64,000 bases of DNA, taken from NCBI RefSeq assembly GCF_032191835.1, contig NC_083237.1, positions 37,386,001-37,450,000 of the forward strand, in the 5' to 3' direction. The notes under the pieces are model-generated. The model searched no databases and was not told the origin of the DNA. It was given only the letters and a program-made list of their open reading frames with translations. This document shows positions 36,277-47,773 of this stretch, piece by piece. The stretch's first letter is position 1. Every line of letters starts with the position of its first letter. The DNA comes from Heteronotia binoei. Taxonomy: Eukaryota. Both the position numbers and the translations under genes were made by a program.

Positions 36277-38109
36277 CCTCTTGAAATTTTAGTTTATAAA
36301 TGTTTTTATATACTCTGATTTAAAGGATTTATATAAATTGGAACTGACTTGAATTTTAAAATCGGTTAAATTATATTTTAGTTATCTTGGATTGTATAGG
36401 TGGGGAATGTTCAAGTATTTTATGTTTTTTAGGAGGGTATTTTATACTATCTTAGGTATTTTAAGAGGGTTTTATATGATGTGTCGTAGTTTTTATATTG
36501 GTCTATGACTGCAATAAAGTTCATTCATTCCCAAATCATCTTGGTTGCCCTCCTCTGTACTGAGATGCCTCTAGACACCTCACCTGGGGTTAGCAAACCT
36601 GACCATACATTTACAATATTTGTTTTATTTTCATATCTATACACTGAACCCATAGCTGGCAGTTTGTTGCAATCTATACCTGCCTTTTCTTCTCAGCTGG
36701 AAAGGGTCACTTTCTAAAGTTCTGATACTGAACATCTTTGAACAATTAACACATATTAAGAAAAATCACTCTGAGTCATGAACAACCCCAACATTGGGGG
36801 TGGAACCTACTTTTAACACCCATCCATGAACAACAAGCATCAGTATTGATGTCAGGTTCCTTAAAGTTCATTTCTGTAGAAAAGTATATTGTCTACAATG
36901 GCCCCATAAAAGCTCTGAAGACCCAAACAAAACCAGCAAGCCCATGATTCAAAGGGATGTCTGGTATCTTGAGTGGAGTATCTGAGCTTGCTTTTTTAGG
37001 GTGGGGGGCATGCTTCAGGTGCTCTGGCAGGAGAAACAGCTTGTGAGAAGAATCTTTTTCTCTCTCTCTCTAGAGATAATTTGATTGCCACAAGGAACTG
37101 CATTCTACAAACAGTCTCTTTGCAGTGATGTTTAGGCTACTTCCTTGTCCTTTTATTCTAAGGAAGAGAAAATAAACATATCTTCTTTTGTTGTGAAGGG
37201 AAGGAAGGTATTTGTGTAAAGTATTAAAAATGAAGGGGAGGGTGGAATAAGTAGACTTTAGCAGGAACTCATTTGCACATTAGACCACATCCTTTGTTGC
37301 CAAGCCAGCCAGAACTGCGTTCTTGTGTGTTTCTGCTCAAAAAAAGCCCTGGACTTCAGATTCCTTGGCTACTGTCAATAACAGCAGCACATGAACCAAC
37401 CCAGTTACTGATTAAAATTGCCTTAGTGATCACTCACAAACCTACATCAAGTCTAAATCAACTTGATCACTGCTATCAGAAGGTGTTATTATGGGGTAAG
37501 TGTGGAGCTGAGAAGGCAGATGGCCATCACAAGAGGTCCCTAGGCATGCCACATCTCTTGCAACATGCATCTTTGACACTTTAAATCATGCTCCACTTTC
37601 CTGTGAATTGGGAATTTCTGTATATATGGAATAAAACTCATCACTCTAGATAATTTATCCTTATCCATAAAGGATAAGATATGTCATTGTTCAAGAAGGT
37701 ACATAATTGTGGTTGGAATTCAGTGTGGATTTTGAAGAAATATTTCAGGGACAGTGTTTCAGAACCGCACACAGTTTGTGACATATAGTACGCCTTTGGT
37801 GTGCATTAGGAATTTTACTGATCAAAATGCAACTGAAGCAGATCCATTCATCCGGGTAGCCATGTTGGTCAGAAGCAGTAGAACAACATATGAATTCAGA
37901 GGCACCGTTAAAACCAATGAAGTTTTGTTCAAGGTATGAAATTTCATGTATATGTGCACTTCTTCAGATACTGCGAAGCACTATGCATGCACATGAAAGT
38001 CCATACCTTGAATAAAACATTCTGAAACAGACCCATTCTTTAAAAGCAGGAATTCCTCAAGTTTGACTAGAACTCAAACTCATACTCAGCTGCCATTTCA
38101 TACCATCTC

Positions 38110-38285
38110 ATCCAGTTCTCCAGAAGGTCCCAGATTCAATGCCTTGCATCTCCAGTTGAAAGGACCAGGTTATAAGTAATGTCAAAGACCTCTGCTTGAG
38201 ACCTGGGAGAGACACTACCAGTCTGACATGGGAGACAATACTGACTTTGATGGATCAACAATCTGAGTCAAGCAGTTTCATGTAT
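38110..38285 (+). mobile_element. tRNA-derived SINE (partial); paralogous copy at about 48810-48980
   Basis: CAGAAGGTCCCAGATTCAAT B-box region followed by the GACAATACTGACTTTGATGG tail. Confidence 0.6.
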
Positions 38286-38989
38286 CATAGCCTTCACCCC
38301 AGGTCCTGGACACACAGCTCCCAGGTTCCCCACCATAACCTTTTGGATCCCTTTCCCCTTTCACCAGGAATTCCAACCCCTGAACTGAAAAAAGAAAAAA
38401 AGAAAAAACACTTGACCTCGCTGATGTTCTGGAACCTAACCATTTAATTTCACTTTCCCATGGAAATTTTATTATCCTGCTTGGTTTCCTTTGGAGGAGA
38501 GAGTGCTGGAAACGTAAGTCATTTTGTAAGATGTTTATTTTCAAAGTATATATACAATACAAATGGAATCAAAGAAGAAGCATTCTTAGGGGGAAGCAGA
38601 TCTGCTAGTGCACAGTATCCCAAGGTTATCATCCAATTCCCAGTGGAATTTAAGCTAGAAATGTGATGCACACACACACACACACCCTTTGATCACAGTA
38701 TTCTGGGATCATGTGATCTGCCTGAACAAACAGTATGTTGGATGGGGGACAGAGTAAGAAGGAGAATTGGGTGACATGGAGTGAAAAGGCTGGCTGGATC
38801 CATTTCTACAGCTGCCTCCTTGCTTCAACTAGGAAGGGTCAGTGTCACAATTGTTCGAAGTACTGATGGGCATTTGGACATAGCGATCTGGAAACAACTA
38901 AAATAATGAGATATCGCGAGTCATTTAAAAAAAATTCTTTTGTTTGTTCTGTTTCCTCCAAGTAGCCTTCCTCTACCCTAAAGAGGACA

Positions 38990-39185
38990 ACTAGTGTAGT
39001 GAAGTGGTGCAGAGTAATACGGTGTCATGGATAAGAGCAGTGGACTCTAATCTGGAGAATGTGGTTGTAATCCTCACTCCTTCACAAGGTGCCTGTTGTG
39101 AGGAGTGGAAGGGAGCATGATTGTATGCCACTTTGAGACTCCTTAAAGTAGAGAAAAGTGGGATATAAATAACTATTTTTCTTCT
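38990..39185 (+). mobile_element. Squam3-like tRNA-derived SINE (internally deleted); paralog at 49870-50250
   Basis: GTGGACTCTAATCTGGAGAA head and TTTGAGACTCCTTAAAGTAGAGAAAAG tail. Confidence 0.65.
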
Positions 39186-39462
39186 AAGGATTCTTTTTCC
39201 AGCTCAAGTGACTCTTCCTCAAATAAAATATCTATTTAAATTAGAGGAAGGCTTCTAACTTGAGCCAAAAGGGAAGGTGAAGTATAAATATTTTAACACA
39301 CTAACTTGCTCCATGGAGTGTTAGGAAGCATCCACCTCACTATGAAGTCTCAACTATAAAGAATCAAATTATCACTGTACATTGGGTACTTACTGCCTAT
39401 GCAATCTTATGTTAGTTTTATTGGTGGGGAGAACAAAAATACACTTACAGTTTCCAAGTTGG

Positions 39463-40398
39463 TCATGTATTTCTATAAAAGGACCTAAAACCTAAAACCT
39501 TTGACATTGCTTTTTGTATCTCCTTGTTTCTTATACTGTAAATCACTGGATTCAACATAGGTGGAACCAAGGCATAGATCACAGTAAATATCAGCTCCTG
39601 CCACAATGGGGTGTTAGAGACAGGCTTCAGGTAGGCAGCACTTCCAGTAAATAAAAATGTGGAGACGACAATGAGGTGGGGGATGCAAGTGGAGAAAGCC
39701 TTCTGCCTCCCCTTTGCAGAAGGCAATCTTAACACCGTAGTGAAAATGTGGACATAAGTTACAAGGATATAGACAAAACAGCCCAGACCGAGGACAACTC
39801 CAACCCCAATAGTAGTAATTTCAATTAGATTTGGATCAGAACAAGTTAATTTTATAAGCTGTGGGATTTCACAAAAAAAATGATTGATAATGTTAGAGCA
39901 GAAATGGGTTGCAAAAGTCCCTCTAGTGTGCATCCCTGCATACAGAAAACTAGCAAACCATACACCAGCCAGCATTTCCATGCAAGCCGGTGAATTAATT
40001 ACCATATCATAACGTAATGGATTGCAAATGGCAACATACCGGTCATATGCCATGACTGTTAGGATACACAAATCAGATGTCATAAAGAAAATAAATAAGA
40101 AGACTTGAGCAACACACCCTGAATATGAAATGTGCCTGGTATTCATGAGGGAATTGATCATGGATTTGGGGATAATGACTGAAACTTGGCCAAGGTCCTG
40201 TACAGCCAAGATCATCAGAAAGAAGTACATGGGGGTGTGCAGGTGATGGTCTAAGGCAACTGAAGAGATGATGAGGAGGTTCCCTATGAGAGTTGCCAAG
40301 TACACCATCAGAAACACAGTGAAGTGTAGAAACTGCAGTTCCCAAACCTCTGAGAACTCCAGGAGCAGAAAATCAGACATGGTAGTTCTGTTGAACAT
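39463..40398 (-). CDS. Intact olfactory receptor, class II OR14-like, 311 aa
   Basis: Single-exon ORF with LHTPMYFFL, MAYDRYVAICNPLRY, KAFSTCIPHL and PMLNPVIYSIRN. A polypyrimidine/AG acceptor lies just upstream (about 40426-40445). Confidence 0.95.
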   Translation of the reverse strand: MFNRTTMSDFLLLEFSEVWELQFLHFTVFLMVYLATLIGNLLIISSVALDHHLHTPMYFFLMILAVQDLGQVSVIIPKSMINSLMNTRHISYSGCVAQVFLFIFFMTSDLCILTVMAYDRYVAICNPLRYDMVINSPACMEMLAGVWFASFLYAGMHTRGTFATHFCSNIINHFFCEIPQLIKLTCSDPNLIEITTIGVGVVLGLGCFVYILVTYVHIFTTVLRLPSAKGRQKAFSTCIPHLIVVSTFLFTGSAAYLKPVSNTPLWQELIFTVIYALVPPMLNPVIYSIRNKEIQKAMSKVLGFRSFYRNT

Positions 40399-43300
40399 TT
40401 TTCATTACCATGTTGTAGAATCCTTGAAAAAGGAAACACAAGGAAACTATTAAAATTATAGTCTCTTATAACAGTAGTTTTAATTGCTACAACTGAATTG
40501 GATGACAGCGACTTCATTTCCAGTCTCCACACTTAATTTCTGTCTTCAGTGTGTGTGTGTGGGGGGGAATTGCAGCTCAGTAACACTGATGTTAAAAGTG
40601 GCACCTGCATGCCAGAAATCCTTCTCCAGCTGCTCTTATTTGAACTATAATTGTAAAAGAACTACTTGAGGAATCATCTTTCATTGAATAATAGTCATCC
40701 TTTAGCAACTTTCCCCATTTGAAGCAAACATAAGTTCTTTGTAAGAGATTGTGAGGCAAAGAGAAACCGCTAAAAATCAGTTTCTCTTTGCCATGCAAAA
40801 ACGGCGACACAAGGTGAAGTCCCGGGGCAGATAGTGGGAAATCGGAAGGGCATCACGCTGAAAAGAGGAACGTCAGAGTGACATAGGATGAGTGTGAAAT
40901 TGGTCTGAGTTCCTTTGGATCATTAGAGTAACAGAGTTACCAACACTGAGCTGGAAAAAAATTCCTGTAGATTTAGGTGTGGAGCCAGGAGAGGGCAAGG
41001 ATTGGAGAGGGGAGGGACATCAGTTCACCCTCCACAGCAATATTATTTTCCCCTGTGAATTCAAAGATGAATTCTGAAGGTAAGGTGTAAATCTGGGAGA
41101 TCAGATCCTTCATGGAAGTTGGCAATTCTACTAACAGTACATTTAAATTATTTGTTTTACTTACAAATCTACATAAATCTGGCTGTTTGTTATAGACTAA
41201 ATCTATCTTTTCACAGGTGAAAGCAGTCTCCTTCTGCAAAACCTAATGCTACAAATTGCCTACAATTAACATCTGTTATATAAGATCAACTGATTTGTCT
41301 GGTGAAAAACTGTAACATTTGGGGGAGAAGCTCCTACTTTGAACACCCTATCCCTGGATGTTGATGTCAGTTCTCCTATCTAAAGTTCATTTCTGTAGCA
41401 GATTGTCTACAGAGATTTTTTCCCCATATAAGCCACCCCCCCCCCCCGCCACAAGAACCAGCAAATACTTCTAATTCAATTACCTTACTCATCTTTCCAA
41501 TGGAATGAGGAGGAGTGGAGCAAATGATGTAATTTCAAGAGCAAAGCTGCTTCAGGTGTTCCAACAGAAGATGATACTTGTGATAGGAATCAATTTCTCA
41601 AGACATAATATGACTGCAGCAAGAAACTGGAACTTAATTAATAGCCCTAAACTAAAAGATATAAAATTATAAGAAAACACAGCAGAATACAACAACAATG
41701 GTGGCAAACCTACAAATAAACCTCTAAAAAAGGGTTACAAATATCTAAAAATATGTCTATGCACAGAAAACCATACGCTCAAATGTTGATAAAGTTGTAA
41801 GGTCTTCAGTCCACTGAATTACCAGAGACAGACATTTATCTTTTCTGTGTTAAAATGTAAATCTTTTAGCAACATTAAGGGCATGGGGGTTCCATTTTTG
41901 TTGGCCATCAGTTAGTCTCCAAGAGACAGGCAAATAGTTTCAAAGTACATAAACATCCTCAAAGATGTTATACAAAATTGATCCGAATAATTACTTCCTC
42001 TCCAAGAAAGACCAAATAACTAGACAGATTCAAAGCATAGGCTTAAGAGATATAGCTTGTGAACTACCGTACCAACAATTGGATACTTAGGTCCTTTTTA
42101 TAAAGGCTCAGTGTTTGTTTGTTTTTTAAATTAAAAATAAACTTTATTGAGCTTTAATATTCTAGTTACATCCAAAGCTATGAGATGGAAGTTTTAAACC
42201 ACTTACACCACATAATTTCAGATCCCCTTAAAGGGAAGATCTTTGTCCGCATACATACATGACAAGCTTACTAATAAAAGTAACCAGCATATTCTAAACA
42301 TAATTTTCACTGAATAAATTACAGCTTAAATTCCTTAGAGACAACAGGTATAACATCTAGGGCCATATCCCATTGCTTAGGCCAAATAAGGCAGTCTAGC
42401 TCTGTATTACATTCATTTCTGATACTTTGTGTATCATTTTTTTTTTTACCAACATCAAATATTTCTAGAGAGATATATCAGGTTTCATTTTCTGGATAAA
42501 TTTAATCTGAGTTTCCAAGAGGAAGGGAGATTCTGAAACTCCCTTTCAGCATACTCTGTGTGTTCTGTAGATCATTAAAATGCCCTTACATCACTGAAAC
42601 AATTCATTAGGAGTGCTTTTAAAAATGAAAACAGGTTTGCACATCTGCAACAGGCTGTCTGTACAGTGTTATACAGCAGCTGAAAGTATGAAATTGGTTT
42701 TAGAAAATTTTGGATTAAATCCTTGGTTAGCTTCAAAGTTCATGATTCTGGTCAACTCATCATGTTCCAGTTTAGATTACCTAACAGGTCTGGTTTATTG
42801 GGTAAGATTAACATTTCTTCCCCAACAGGGCACAAACTGACTTAGAACATTTTTGTTTAGATCACTGACCATTGTTCTTTCCTCATCCATTTAATCTTCA
42901 GAACAACAACCCTGTAAGGTACCTTGACCTTGAATAGCCCAAGGTCACCCAGTGGACTTCTGTGACAGAGTGGAGATTCAAATGTGAGACTTCTTGATCC
43001 TAATACAGCACTATACCATGCTGGTTCCCTTCCTGGATAATTTCAGGGTAAGAGTAGGAAATAATAATATTCCGTCTACAAGTGTGAAATGAACATCGTT
43101 CACAGTAGAAACCATGGGAATGGAGGGCAACACACACTTAAATCTTTGAAGTGATTTCCAACCTGGGCATCTACCTTATATTCCCCATTTCCACTTATGA
43201 ATCTGAGACGCTTTATTGACAAGCCACCAATATGAGATAACTGGATTCATATCAATGTATTTTCACTAATACCATTACAGGAAAGACTGTGTTACTGAGA

Positions 43301-44411
43301 AACAGTAGTCACAGAGCCAAAGTAAGAATATTAAAAGAATAAAGTGAGTGGGGAACCTGCTCAGGAGATCTTTAGAATAGACCTAAATGCAACTTACCAT
43401 TTTTCTTCACATCGTCTTTGAATCTTCAGGTACAAGTTTCTTTGTGCTTCTCTGAAGTCACTCGTTTCACCCTGTTCTTTATAAACTAGCCATTAAGATG
43501 ATGACAGTACAGTGGAAAAAGGTATTCCCAAATTCTGCAGAATTATTCAAGAGGTTTGCTCTCATGAGTATAGGACAACTAAACTGAAATGTTTCTTCCC
43601 CTTCAAAAAGTTTACTGTTCTGCTACTGAAAGCTTCTTTTTTCCCCCCAGATTCTCTAAAGAAACTCAAATGGTTATTTGCAAAGTCTGGATCACTGTAG
43701 ATGCATGAGAACAGGAGTGCACTAGTATCAGATGTGCCTGCAATTGACACTTCCAGCTTATCTTGGTGAGGAATTCCCATAGCCTATTGCATAGGGGAAT
43801 TAATATTCCTGTGATAGATGGAGATGTGTACACACTGTGTAATACAGTGTCTATACAGTGTAACTATGTGTAGGCTGAATGCATGTAAAGGGGAACAAGA
43901 ACAAGAGTGCTGGCCCTGGTCTCTCTCATACATATAGTTATAGTGACTACATGCATACAAGGTATATGCATGTTGTTTCCATGCATCTGTTCTCATGCAA
44001 CCATGTGTAAGTGGGGACAAGGCCAGTGGCTTCTGAACAGGGCTGCAGTCAGCACGCCATGAGGTAGAGCATCGGCCAAAGTCCAGGGCTTCTGGTGAGG
44101 CCCACTGTGGTTGACTCCCCTGGCAGATATGGGAGTTGACAGACATGCTCCCATGATTTCCTCTCCTCTTCTCATTCAACACGCTGGACTATTAGGTTGA
44201 TTCTATTAGGTTGTGATTCTGATATGTGAGTTAAAAATGCCCTGCATATTGGTCCAGAGGTAGCATGAAGAGGAGTGTAAAGTGTAAAGAGGAGGGGGAT
44301 TCCAACTTCACCTCCAGAACTGTGTTTCTGCTCCTGGAATTCTCAAACATTCAAGAACTACAGATCCTACATTTATTTGAGTTGAATCCACACAGGCGGA
44401 TCATTAAAATT

Positions 44412-45165
44412 TTTCTCTTTTTTTAAAAAAATCCCTCTCTCTGTTGTGTGTTTTGTGCGCTTTTCTGCTTCTAAGTTTTGTGGTTTTTTTTAGTTTTGCA
44501 CATACGTAAGAACAGACAAAGAAACCAAGATAGGGAAAGATGGAAATTGCTACTTTGGCTGTTACAGCTGCAGCAAGAATCTGTCCTTCAATCTCTGCAC
44601 AGGCTTTCTTGGAAACCTGTTTTGGCAGCTCTGCTGGCTGGACTGGTGCTTCAGTTTGTTCCTCCCCACCCACACTTCTTGTAGCCACACTGGTAGGTGC
44701 TAACGCTGCTTGGATTTCTGAGCGCTTAGATTGTCCAAAACTTCTCACCAGAAAAGCTGTAGAATGGAGGTTTTTGCACCTTTGTACGTCTCTCTCTCTC
44801 TCTTTTTTTGAATTTATACTGGTTTGTGCTACGCTGAAATATCTATTGTATCAGCAGATAAACTTTTTTGTGTTAAGCATGTGGAGTATAAGCTGGTTAC
44901 AATACAAGGCACTGGTTTGTATATAAAGAGATTTGTATTTCTACTTTTATTTTTCTTGTTGACCAGACTAATGCTAGCTAATGCAATCTGAGATGAGGGT
45001 CTTCTTTCCCCTTTCCTTAAATGTGTACATGAATTATCTTTATTGTTTAATACCAAAAAAGACTGTAACTCCATCAATAATAGATGTGTGGACCATGTAG
45101 TAGACTAGTTGCAGTGTGTAGATCTCATGGAGTGAGATATAAACTAGTAAAATTGGAAAAAAAAA
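44412..45165 (+). other. Polyadenylated retro-insertion of unknown origin, 7-bp TSD TAAAATT
   Basis: TSD at 44405-44411 and 45166-45172. A9 tail preceded by AGTAAA. U-rich 3'-UTR-like composition. Confidence 0.65.
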
Positions 45166-45723
45166 TAAAATTGCCTTAATGATCACTCACAAACCTACAC
45201 CAAGACTAAAATCAACTTGATCACTGCTACTCACAAGGTGTTATGGGATGGGTGTGGAGTTGAGAAAGCAGCTGGCCATCACAAGAGGTCAATGGGCATG
45301 CCACAACTCTTGCCACATTCATCTTTGGCCCTTTAAATCATGCTCCACTTTCCTGTGAATTAGGCATTTTCATTTCTGTATATATGGAATTAAACCCATC
45401 ATTGAGTTAGCATAGTACTTGATGGCAGTGAAGGCCAATCTTATCATCATCATGGCAGTATGTTTTGCTTAAAGCATGTCCATCCCCATGTACTTCTTCT
45501 TAATGAACATGGCTGTCCTGGATATTGGCTCAGATTCAGTCTTGGGACTGAAAACTGTGGCCAATTCCCTCATGGACGGCAGGACAATTCCTTATTCTGG
45601 ATGTGTAGCTCAAGTTTTCCTCATGTTTTTCATTGTAGGATCAGATTTGCTGTCCTAACAGTGATGGTGCATGATCAGTATACATCACTATCTGCAATCC
45701 ATATGAGGGAATTATGCACAAAG

Positions 45724-45971
45724 GAAGAAGAAGAAATTAGATTTATCCCACCCTATACTCTGATTCTCAGAGCAGTCAGAATCTTCCTCTACCCCATAAC
45801 AGACACCCTGTGAGGTAGGTGGGGCTGAGAGAGCTCTTACAGCAGCTGCCCATTCAAGGTCAACTCCTTGGTGAGCTATTGCTGACCCAGCAGCTGCAGG
45901 TGGAGGAGTGGGGTATAAAACCCGGTTCTCCCAGAAAAGAGTCTGCACACTTAACCACTACACCAGACTGG
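45724..45971 (-). mobile_element. Squam3-like SINE inserted in the OR pseudogene
   Basis: Minus strand GCCAGTCTGGTGTAGTGGTTAAG head, CACCTACCTCACAGGGTGTCTGTT core and (TTC)n tail. Confidence 0.75.
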
Positions 45972-47487
45972 CAGGAACATGCAATCAGATGGTATCTAGT
46001 GCATAGATCAGTGGTGTCCTTAATTCATCATTAAACACTGGAAGGACTTTTGCAATCACCTTTTGCTCCAATGTGGTCAATCAATTCTTCTGTAAAATCC
46101 CACAATTACTCAAACTCTCCTGTTCTGATCTGCACTTTGTTCAAACTGGGGTTATTTTGCTAACACATGGCATAGTGCTGTGATGCTTTATCATCATCAT
46201 TCTAATTTACACGATTTTTGCAAAAGTGCTGAAAATGTGCAAGGTCAGAAAAAAGCCCTCTCCACTTGCATTCCCCACTTCACCGTAGTTTTCTGCTTGT
46301 ATTCAGTGAAATCTTTGCCTATGAAAGCTCTGCTATTAATGCTTCATCTGATCTAGATATAGTTTTTACATTTTTTTAAAGCTATACTCCCTCCATAGCT
46401 CGATCCATTTATCTATACCATGAGAAACAAAGAGATCAAGACTAGTTATTTAAGTTGCTCATTGTGGTGCTATTCAATCCTGCAGAGTTGTTTCTGAAAA
46501 TGGATTTGTCCTTCAACTGAATTATTTGCTATTACAATTTTGTAAACTTTGGGTTTCTGAAGAATGTAGCACTGATCTCCAAACTGCTGCAGGTGCGGCA
46601 AGTTAGTTTCACACAAAGATATACCCCTATTTTTTAAAAATATATATATAGTTATTAAGAGTATTGATAAGCCTCTTCTTTATTCTGACACAATCAGGAC
46701 CTAAGGTGGGTAACCACAATAAGTACAATCTTCAAAATAGTCATGGACTCCACCAGATCATAAAAAAAACGCACTAAGTCAGACCCCCTTATATAGTTTC
46801 ATTGGCATACCCTAAGTGTAGGTTTTTTTCTTGACCTCTCTGTAGTACTGTTTTATGGAAAATGACTTAGTATGGGCCATTAAAATGTCATGTCATTAGA
46901 TTAAGACAATTGTTAAGAAATCCACTGATGAAGGACAATTTTGTCTTCTTTCCCATGCTATATATATTTGATACCTGTGTTAAACCTCTTACTTTGCTCA
47001 GACAATACCATACTGGTCTCAATATTTATTACTGTGCAGTGTTGGAATGAAATCCGTATACTGGGCACCTGTTCACGTGAATGAGACTTACTTAGGTTAG
47101 GTAATACTCCCATCTTCAAGGAATAAAAGTTACAAAACTAACTATGGTTTAATTTGTCAAAATTATTTATTTGTTTAATTGTTGCAAACCTCAGCAAATA
47201 AAATATAACAACTACAATGATGGCATGTCTATCAATAAGTATCTTTAAAAGTTTTCCAAATATCTAAAAATAAGTCCATATGCAATTGTCATACATATGC
47301 TATACATTCAAATAATGATAAGGTTGTGTTTTCAATCCTTTTAATTGTGGGTGATGGGCATTTATTTATCCAGTGTTGTAATGTAAGTCTTTTAGCAGTG
47401 GAAAGGACAAAGAGGATTCATTTTTGTTGACCATCCTCGATTTTTTTTAAAAAAGCATATAAGCATCCTAAAATACCATTTGACAAA

Positions 47488-47773
47488 GGGCGTTTTCTCA
47501 CTGACCTTACTCCGGAGCAACGTCCCTCTTCACTGCGCAGCGTCTGCGCGGATTTCGCACCAATTGCTCCACAGAACCCAGAAGAGCCGCAAAGTCCCGC
47601 GGCTTTTGCGTCGCAAATGTAAACTGGTTTTTGGCAGTTTACATTTGTGACACAAAAGCTGCAGGACTTTGCGGCTCTTCTGGGTTCTGCGGAGCAGTTG
47701 GTGCGAAACCCGCGCAGACACTGCGCGGTGAAGAGGGACGTCGCTCCGGAGTAAGGTCAGTGCGAAAACGACC
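47488..47773. mobile_element. Palindromic PIF/Harbinger-like MITE, 3-bp TSD AAA
   Basis: TIR GGGCGTTTTC(T/G)CACTGACCTTACTCCGGAGC.. with the whole element near-palindromic. Absent at the paralogous site near 23045. Confidence 0.8.

Larger units (their letters stand above)
30861..36530 (+). mobile_element. Full-length two-ORF non-LTR retrotransposon (RTEX-like), 10-bp TSD TCCCAAATCA
   Basis: TSD at 30851-30860 and 36529-36538. About 570-bp 5' UTR, ORF1, APE-RT ORF2, AATAAA followed by a (CATT)n tail. The clade call comes from recalled architecture, not a search. Confidence 0.85.
30330..36690 (-). mobile_element. Old CR1 3' fragment (about 30330-30860 and 36531-36690) split by the RTEX-like insertion
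   Basis: Degraded CR1 minus-strand text (GGCAGTGAATTCCACAT, CCCAAATCATCTTGGTTGCCCTCCTCTG) is continuous across the insertion. Confidence 0.7.
44265..46480 (+). pseudogene. OR pseudogene (paralog of 17303-21409) with nested insertions, frameshifts and stops
   Basis: 5' part at 44265-44384. Resumes at 45404-45723 and 45972-46480 with high similarity to 20564-21409. Confidence 0.9.

Noticed and set aside
40816-40826. O/E (EBF)-like site TCCCGGGGC upstream of the intact OR
   Set aside because: Imperfect match, and not seen conserved in the paralogous region near 57.1 kb.
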